Below, one piece after another: positions 55,125 to 64,000 of a DNA stretch of 64,000 nt. A model generated the notes under the pieces. It worked only from the letters and a program-made list of their open reading frames with translations, was not told the origin of the DNA and made no database searches. Source of the stretch: Octopus vulgaris (lineage: Eukaryota); the NCBI GenBank assembly GCA_951406725.2, contig OX597835.1, forward strand, positions 47,926,001-47,990,000. The letters run 5' to 3'. Made by a program: the position numbers and the translations under genes. The stretch's first letter is position 1; the number at the start of each line of letters is the position of its first letter.

Positions 55125-55585
55125 TATGAACTTCTAGGTGAGTTAAAATATGTTTGTGACCTATTCTTAACTTCTGAAGGCAAATTCACCGCAGATAACG
55201 TAGAGAAAAATTCTTTCTTGTGGTAAAAGGTAAAGGAACCATACCTGACCAGTGCTTCCCGCTAGCAGATTCCCAGACGTATGTTTCTGGCTCTTTCGTG
55301 TTCGTCAGTGGGAAATACCGAAGAGAGATAACCCTCGGCAGATTCAAGGCCGTGGCTTTAAATAAAAAGACAGCTAAAATCAGTGACTGTTTCTGGCCAG
55401 TTGACCGCCTGATCGGGATAACGATATTTAAATCAGCACCGAGCAGTAATTAGGAATGGACGAACTTTAGGTGAGTTGAAATATGTTTGTCACAAGGCAA
55501 AACCAAAGCAGTCACCCTGGAGAAAAGAATTCTCTTATAATAAAAGGTTTAAAATCACCACACCGGTGCTTCCCTCTAACGGATA
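55125..55585 (-). mobile_element. Diverged direct repeat (period about 335 bp) containing a hammerhead, retrozyme/pseudo-LTR-like
   Basis: GAACTT(C)TAGGTGAGTT.AAATATGTTTGT...GTGCTTCCC occurs at about 55127-55270 and about 55462-55585. Confidence 0.65.
55270..55314 (-). ncRNA. Type I hammerhead with decayed stem II
   Basis: Minus: TTCCCA-CTGACGA-acacgaaagagcca-GAAA-catacg-TC-TGGGAA. Stem I is a perfect 6 bp and the site is GUC. Confidence 0.7.
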
Positions 55586-55695
55586 ACTATATACATACGT
55601 TTATATTATATATGGGAGTAAATTTAAGGACAAGCAAGTTAGGCTCGTCGACATGAAAAAAATATTAAATAGATTTGATATAAATATATATATAT

Positions 55696-55893
55696 AACGT
55701 AAGGGTATCAGCCATCTGAATGTGGTAGCCACGGGGAATGGGGGTGTTACTGATACTTTTAGCCCCAGGCGATCAACGTCACCAGAAGGACTTTAGACGT
55801 CTGGTGACGTTGATCGCCTGGGGCTAAAAGCATCAGTAACACCCCCATTCCCCCGTGGCTAGCCACATTCAGATGGCTGATACCCCTTACGTT
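55696..55893. repeat. Near-perfect fold-back with about 91-bp arms and a 13-nt loop
   Basis: 55696-55786 is inverted against 55800-55893. It is related to the 38769-39336 family. Confidence 0.9.
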
Positions 55894-56025
55894 GTCGAGC
55901 GGTTAATGTTTATATCTCGTTCAGAGATTTATTATTGTTTAATATATATATGTTTATATATAAAATGTCCGACTTACACAGAATAGAAATATCAGGAATC
56001 GAAGTGGTTGAATAAGAGTTTTACG

Positions 56026-56101
56026 AGTCCAACAGCTGTTTCTGGAGGCCTGGTGGTCCAAAATAATGATTGTAAATTGATTCATTCCATCATCAGATAC
56101 T
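56026..56101 (-). ncRNA. Hammerhead with long loop II
   Basis: Minus: agtat-CTGATGA-TGGA..(about 40 nt)..TCCA-GAAA-CAGCTG-TT-ggact. Stem III is palindromic. Confidence 0.65.
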
Positions 56102-56708
56102 ACCAGCCACCGTCGTCAGGTATAAATTTTACATTTGAGGTGTTGACAGAAAGGACATTCAAGATGGAATGATTTGGGGGAGAACTTAGTGTATTAGAAA
56201 GAGGAGTTGGAAGGTATTTAGATAGGGAGTGGTGGGAGGAGAAAATAAATTTCAGGGTTAGGGGTTATTAATGAGTCTAGTGATAGTAGTTGAGATGGAA
56301 GGTAGGAAGAAGAGGGAAGTGTGGTTTAGGTAGTATGTGAGTGGTTACCTTTATGTGAGTTTGTATGAAGGGTATAGAGTTAAATGTTGATTGGTGAAAA
56401 TGGGAATGACTAGAGGGAAATAAGTTGACGGGTTCAGTGGCTGAGGGAAATTAGTAAGGTATGTAGAGACGAATGGGGGAAGGTGGAGGGAGAATAGAGT
56501 GTGGCGGGGTGAGAAGGTGGTCAAAATAGTAGTTGTTAGAGGGGAAAAAGTAATTGGGTTGGTATTGGAGCGGGGTGTTATTCAATTCCATACACCTCTA
56601 ACATAACACCATAACGCGAAGAATATCTTACTCTCATACGCACACACACATGCACACACACACACCCGCACACACATACATACATATATACATACATACA
56701 TACATACA

Positions 56709-56789
<81 letters not shown>

Positions 56790-56874
56790 GTATATATATA
56801 TAATTATATATATATAACAGAAGGAAGTGGAGATAAAGTTAATAATTGTTTTTTTAACAAATTGGTCATTTTCG

Positions 56875-56972
56875 CTTCTTACAGGTGTTTCAGTTAATAA
56901 TCAATAATTTAATTACAAATTTGTACATGGAATTTACATTTATGTGACATGAGTATAATTTTATCAGAGGAG
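56875..56972 (-). ncRNA. Degenerate hammerhead with long stem-loop II
   Basis: Minus: ctcct-CTGATAA-(about 70 nt AT-rich)-GAAA-CACCTG-TA-agaag. Confidence 0.45.
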
Positions 56973-57090
56973 AAAAGATGTACCTTTGGATGTTATATGT
57001 GGACCTGTCAATTCATTTCAGCAGAAGTAAGTGAAGATATATATATATATATATATATGTATATATTTATAACACACACACACACACATA

Positions 57091-58313
57091 CAGGGGTTGG
57101 ACAAAATAATGGAAACACCTTAAAATTTCAAACAAATTTATTTTAATATGGGGTAGGACCGCCTTTGAATTCGATGAGGCATGGACTCGTACAAAGTTTG
57201 AATTGTATCCAAAGGAATTTCTGTCCATTCTTCAGCTAAAACAGTCTCCAGTTTTTGTAGTGATGTGATGATGGTGGAGGATATTGACTCCTTACTTGCT
57301 TTGCGAAATGTTCAATAATATTGAGATCTGGGGAGTGTTGTGGCCAGATAAGATATTCAACTTCACTAGAATGTTCCTCGTGTCATTCAGTAACAACTTT
57401 AGCTGTGGGAATTAGTGCATTATCATCCTGAAAGATTGCGTCTCCCTTTGGAAACAGTTCCGCAACCATAGGATGAATTTGATCAGATAAAATGCTTAAA
57501 TAGTCTTGACTATTAATTCTGCCATGAAGGAAAACCTTTGGGCCGGTGAATTTCCAAGATATAGCAACCCCACGCCCCACCCTTAGATCATCACAGATCC
57601 TCCTCCATGTTTAACAGTTGGAAGAAGGCAGTCAGGATCAAATGCTTCTTTTGGCTGTATCCACACGTATACTCAGCCAGTGGTTGGAAATAGGGTAAAG
57701 GATGACTCGTCTGAGGAATTAACATTCTCCCACTGCTCTAGGGATCAATTCGGTAGGTTTTTACGCCACTCTAAATGGTTTGTAACGTTTGTTTTTGAAA
57801 ATACTGGTTTTCTGATTGCAGCCCTCCCGTGAAATCTGTTTTTGTGCAGCCCCTAGCGAACAGTTTTTGTGGAAACTGGGTTCTGGAGATGGTAATATTA
57901 AGCTCTGCAGTAATTTTAGGAGCTATACTTTTGTGATCCTTTCTAACAATTCGCACAAGAGTCCGACGGTCCTTATCTGAAAGTTTTGGAATTTTTCCGA
58001 AATTTAGGTTGGACGAGGAGGTTTTTCCTGTACTTCTTGATACACCAAGCATTTCGGCTATTTTCGTTATACTAGCGCCTGCTATTCGAGCACAAAAAAT
58101 TTGACCTCTTTGAAAGTTCGATGGATCTGTCGTTTAATGAATTTTTCTGATGACATCTGAAAAGAAACAGCAATTTTAACAAAACATATTAAGCAACACA
58201 AAGAATAAATAAAAAAAAAACATAAAAATAAACAAGCTTTTGACGGTTTTATAGATATTCCGAAATTATGATGCTATGATGCTAGGTGTTTCCATTATTT
58301 TGTCCAACCCCTG
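57091..58313 (-). mobile_element. Tc1-like (DD34E) transposon, decayed
   Basis: Perfect 30-bp TIRs CAGGGGTTGGACAAAATAATGGAAACACCT. Minus-strand remnants read LSDKDRRTLVRIVRK, SDESS and IFQDDNA. Confidence 0.92.
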
Positions 58314-58340
58314 CATATATACATACATACATACACACAT

Positions 58341-58373
<33 letters not shown>

Positions 58374-59564
58374 AAAGAAGTTTAAAATAATGGTCATTAT
58401 ATATTTTTCCTTTATTGGAGGAAAACCAGTTTGCCTGGAGCCCATCCATGGATTTACGATATGAAATTGTGATGAGTCATAACCTAAGACCCTGCCACAA
58501 GAATCCTGGAGTTCTCCACTAATCTAAATGATATTGTTAGCCTTGTGTGCCAACAGAGAGCCTATGAAGCAACGGTAAGCTGGAGCAACAACAATATTGC
58601 ATGGCTGCATTTTCAACACTGACCGGTTGCTGCAATGGAAACACGTGTTATTGTATGCTGCATATAATAATAAAATAAGTTGTGTGGTTGCACATGTCTT
58701 CATAATTTTTATTACTAATATTAATATATACTTCCGCCCAGATCGACTTTGCCTTTCATCCTTTCGAAGTCAATAAATTAAGTACCAGTTGTATACTGGG
58801 GTCGATCTAATCGACTGGCTCCCTCCCCAAAAATGTCGGCCCTTGTGCCTAGAGTAGAACAGGATATTAATATATACTCCACACAATTTTTAACTGGGAC
58901 TTCACCGAGAATTAATACGCTCTCCGCCCGGATGATATATTCCTCTCGACTCACTTTTATATACACACAGATACGCGCGCAGATACACGCAAACACATAC
59001 ACACACATACACACGCACGCAGATACACGCACGCACACACACACATGTTTGTTTTAGTTGTCTGGACGGTGACCATATTGAAATATCATTTTTAAATGTT
59101 TACTCTGTTAAATCGATCGCAGTTCTTATATTTAGCCCAGTTTTTTTAATTTCTCGGTTTCTTTTCATCGAACCGCTTTGTTAACGTGACATAAACCAAA
59201 GAACACCGGTTGCTTAACGACGAGAGACGAGCGGCGCAAACACAAAACCTCGCTGAGCCTCCGTACAGTTTCTCTCTCTGTCACGTTAAATCAAAAAGCT
59301 TCGGTGAACACAAGGGGATAGCGATAGGAGAAAATGGACATAGACGACCACTTTGAGACGAATAAGAAACAATTCTAATCGCTCTTTCTAGTATTTAATG
59401 ACACTTTACGTTGATAAATTCGCCAGTTAATTCATCTATCAACATATAATTAATTTCCACATAATTTCATATGCTCATCATACAATATTTATACTATCGT
59501 TATATTATTAATCGACAGTATTTTATACTCGTTTTATCTGTACTTATAATTCCGTCATAGCAAC

Positions 59565-60820
59565 GCGCTGATCTGGCAGAAGCGGTGTCGCGTTGGACAA
59601 AATACTGGGCGACTTTTCTTCTAGTTTGGGACCCTGTGTTCAAATTCCACCAAGGTCGACTGTCCCTTTCATCATTTCGGGGTCGATAAACTTAGGTGAG
59701 TACTGGGGACGATCCAATCAATTAGACTCCCCCTCTCCGCCATTAATTTCAGGCCTCGTGCCTATCGTAGACAAAAAAACAAAAAAAAAAAAACAAATAT
59801 ATATATATATATATATGTAAAACACGGACGGGACATTCTTCGCAATTTCGGCTGATTAATCTTGAGATTGCTCCAATCTGGCCAGCCCCAAAGGAAAACC
59901 TAAGCCAAGCACATTAGATTCCTTGGAAGAAAGCCTCGAATGTATACAAAACAAGGACGGAAAACCGGACGATGTTACACGAATAAGAATACAAAAATAC
60001 GTAAAAACAATAATGATAACACGAATAAGAATATATATGAGCAATGATGACATATATATTTATATATATATATATCATCATTGCTCTAAATTATATGAAA
60101 CATTAACACTATATATTACTTTTTCGAATTCATTATGTATCGTATATATCGTATATATCGTATATATATCGTATATATATATATCGTATATATCGTATAT
60201 ATATGTATCGTATATATATTTGTGTTGAAGGGGAAGGCGGTTCTGTGGCAGAGTCGTTAGCAACGCCGGGACGAATACTTATCTGCATTTCGCACATCTT
60301 CACGTTCTGAGTTCAAATTCCACCGAGGTCGACTTCATTCTTTCGGGGTCAATATAATAAGTACCAGTTGAAGACTTGGGTCGATGTAATCGACTTATAC
60401 CCTCTCTCGAAAATACTGGCCCTATGCCAAAATTTGGAATCTTTATCGATGCATGAGGAATGCAGATCCCTGTTGCTGTTCCCTGTTCAAATCGTTCTCA
60501 TGTCTGGTTCCCTTTTTATTTCCTAACATTTCGGGGATCGAAAATTAAAGAATCAGTCAAGTGCCGAAACCGAGCATTCTACCCTAATATTATCCATGTC
60601 AGTCGTTTAGCCGTCCTACGATTCCTATCAGCGATCTGGTAGAATCGCTTCCGCATCTCTTCCGACTTTACGTTATGTGGTCAAATGCTGCCAGAATTGA
60701 CTTTACCTTTCATCATTTCGGGATCGATAAAATAAATGCTAGTTGAGCACTGGGGTTGATGTAAAAGACTTTCCCCCTCCTCCGAAGTTGCTGGCCTTGT
60801 GCCGAAATTTGTAACCGATA
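59565..60820 (+). mobile_element. Three dispersed family A SINE copies (about 59565-59770, 60235-60440, 60630-60820)
   Basis: Shared TGGCAGA...TTCAAATTCC...GGTCGA...GGCC tail motifs. Confidence 0.7.
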
Positions 60821-61337
60821 TGATTTCACGGATTCGTTGAGAGGAAAACGGAAAAACTCTTCGTTACATTTTCATTTCATTTTATATTTTATTTTGCCGA
60901 CGATCTTTTATTACACTTGTCCTTTAGCTTTTAATTCTTTCAGTTATTGGGTTGCGGCCATGCTGTAGCAACACCGCCGGGGATTTAGTCGAACAAATCG
61001 TTCACATTACTTATCTTTCTAAATCTGGAGACGTAAACAAACAGACACTGATCGTCAAGTGATGTGGTGGGGACAAACATAAAACACACACACGCATGTA
61101 CATGCGTATACATACATGCATGCATACATACATACATACATACATACATACATACATACATACGTACACACACACATACATACACACATACATACACACA
61201 TACATACATACATACATACATACACACATACATACATACATACATACATACATACATGCATACATACATGCGTATACATACATACACACACACACGCGCA
61301 CTTACATATATTTATATATGTCACGAACACATATATA

Positions 61338-61560
61338 CGAGGGGATCACGCTGAAAAGTTCCTGGCTTTGGGTAAAAGAGAATTGATGAGGATCAGTTAA
61401 TCATGATTTTAGTCAACATACTCCCTTCTCAGATTCACAGACTTTTTGCAATGGTCCTTCAGTTTTTCTAAGCCCTTTAACAGAACTGGGAAGGCTGGGC
61501 CTTCAACCAGGTCTTTCCCGCTGCCCATAAAGCCAGGAGCTTTTCAGCACCCAACACCCG
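61338..61560. mobile_element. Mariner-derived MITE
   Basis: TA-flanked, with inverted GCTGAAAAGTTCCTGGCTTT / AAAGCCAGGAGCTTTTCAGC. The TIR core resembles the mariner at 45061. Confidence 0.75.
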
Positions 61561-61800
61561 TATATAGAAAAATATATGTGTGTGTATGTATGTATGTATG
61601 CATGCATGTACATGTGAGTGTATGCGCGAGTCTATACATACATACATACATACACACATACATACATACATACGTACATACATGCATACATACATACATA
61701 CATACATACATACATACATACACACATACATACATACGTACATACATGCATACGTACATACATACATACATACATGCATACATGCATACACACACACACA

Positions 61801-62348
61801 TGGTGACTGCCCCCTCGTTATCGAGTATGGCCATTGCATGAAGCTTAACCAATGTTGTTATTGTGCAATGCCTGTGCAAGAAGATTTCTTTTAAAGTGAG
61901 GAAAGGCTGTGCACTGAGTCAATCCCACTCACTAAGCAACAGCAGCCATAATCCGAAAAGAAGAACAAGTCAACATCATCGGTAACCACTGAGCCGCAGG
62001 TATTATGTCGGAGTTATCCCAGTTACCTGAGTCACCTTCTCCTAGAAGGATGCCCTAACAAAGGCTGGGAGTCCTTCACTCCCAATGGTTTAGCCGCGCA
62101 ATCGGGTATTCAGTCCGATTATTTCTATGTCCCCGCGCATGATACAGCTTTAAGACATTTATTGGATGGCCGTTGACTCTCAAGAGTTCCTCCGCCCTTT
62201 GACGGGTTTTGTTTTCATCCCGCAGGGTGTCCAATAAACACCCTCCTCACCAAGCAAGCTTGGTGGGGTTGCCGGTTTAGTCGCCGACGACCATGCAACA
62301 GGTTGTATTGGGTTACATGTTGCCAGTAGCACTCGAAAGTGACCTGAC
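61801..62348 (-). mobile_element. Non-autonomous bipartite RTE derivative (structured 5' UTR joined to an RTE 3' end)
   Basis: The 3' end 61801-61850 matches the RTE tail at 32101-32150. It carries the RTE-like 5' motif GGGCATCCTTCTAGGAGAAGG (62035-62055, minus) and has no RT sequence between the two parts. Confidence 0.7.
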
Positions 62349-62418
62349 ATACATACATACATACATACATACATACATACATACATACATACATACATAC
62401 ATACATACATGCATACAT

Positions 62419-62537
62419 ACATACGGCCATATCACGCTGAATGCACCGGTTCTCGTCCGATCACCGAAGTTAAGCAACGTCAACCATAAGTGAGTATTTC
62501 GATGGGTGACCGATTGGAAAACCTAGGTGTTGTAAAC
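62419..62537 (+). pseudogene. 5S rRNA pseudogene / 5S-derived sequence
   Basis: TACGGCCATATCACGCTGAATGCACCGGTTCTCGTCCGATCACCGAAGTTAAGC...GATGGGTGACCG...GGTGTTGTA matches metazoan 5S over the full length. The 3' half has substitutions and there is no oligo-T terminator. Confidence 0.9.
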
Positions 62538-62550
62538 ATCTCACACAACA

Positions 62551-63098
<548 letters not shown>

Positions 63099-63380
63099 AA
63101 TACATAGATATATACGACGGGCCCGGGCTTAGGGGATGCTATATTCGAAGACACTTGCCCAACGTGCCACGCTGCAGGACTGAACTCAGAGTCATGTGGC
63201 TGGGAAGCATTGAAATCTTTGCCAAAACCCTTGACCCTTCTCCTGTATTCCAGTCTTTTTTCAACCCTTTCTTTTTATATTTTCTTCAGTCATTTCACAG
63301 GGCCACGATAGGCTAGCCCTTTCAAAGTTCTTAGTTTAATCTATCGAACCCAAAACATTGATAATAATGTTATCGGTTAA

Positions 63381-63930
63381 GGCATGGGGACTGGCAGAAT
63401 CGTTAGCACGCCGGGTGCGTCTGCCGTTACGTTCTGAGTTCAAATTCCGCCGAGGTCGACTTTGCCTTTCATCCTTTCAGGGTCGATAAATTAAGTACCA
63501 GTTACGCACTGGGGTCGATGTAATCGACTTAATCCCTTTGTCTGTCCTTATTTGTCCTCTCTTTGTTTAGCCCATTGTGAGTAGTAATGAAATAGGTATT
63601 CCGTCTGTCGCTACGTTCTGAGTTCAAATTCTGCCGAGGTCGATTTTGCCTTTCAACCTTTCGGAGTCGATAAATAAAATACCAGTTACGCACAGGGGTC
63701 AATGTAATCAACTTAATCCCTTTGTCTGTCCTTGTTTGTCCACTCTATGTTTAGCCCCTTATGGGTAGTAAAGAAATAGGCATTTCATCTGCCGCTACCT
63801 TCTGAGTTCAAATTCCGCTGAGGTCAACTTTGCCTTTCAGCCTTTCGGGGTCGTTAAATTAAATACCAGTAACGTACTGGGGTTGATCTGATCCAAAATT
63901 TCGGGCCTTGTGCCCAGAATAGAAAAGATT
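63381..63930 (+). mobile_element. Head-to-tail trimer of SINE family A
   Basis: Units lie at about 63381-63595, 63596-63779 and 63780-63930. Only the first has the 5' A-box head. Confidence 0.85.
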
Positions 63931-64000
63931 CATTTTATCGGTTTCCATCTATCGAAACGACTGGCGTTACCTCTTGTGTCTTTCATATGTATTTTGCTTT

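Overview
This is AT-rich, microsatellite-saturated animal DNA. The repeat families suggest an octopus-type cephalopod, which is an inference from repeat character only. No host protein-coding exon can be supported, and almost all listed ORFs are translations of (TA)n, (CA)n, (TACA)n and trinucleotide repeats. The real content is a dense set of decayed transposons: a Penelope-like RT, two R4/Dong LINE fragments, CR1-, RTE- and Tx1-type LINE fragments, a Helitron with PIF1 helicase and 3' end, Tc1 and mariner elements, MITEs, three tRNA-derived SINE families and a 5S rRNA pseudogene. The most striking signal is absent from the ORF track. About 17 minimal type I hammerhead ribozyme (HHR) motifs occur on both strands, inside short, mostly (TA)n-embedded, tandem or fold-back repeats that resemble Penelope pseudo-LTRs or retrozymes. 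They usually have palindromic stem III. They include C3-G8, U3-A8 and G3-C8 core variants, which is covariation at the catalytic tertiary pair. A bipartite RTE derivative also carries a candidate HDV-like ribozyme at its 5' end. All RNA folds were read by eye and need computational and biochemical confirmation.
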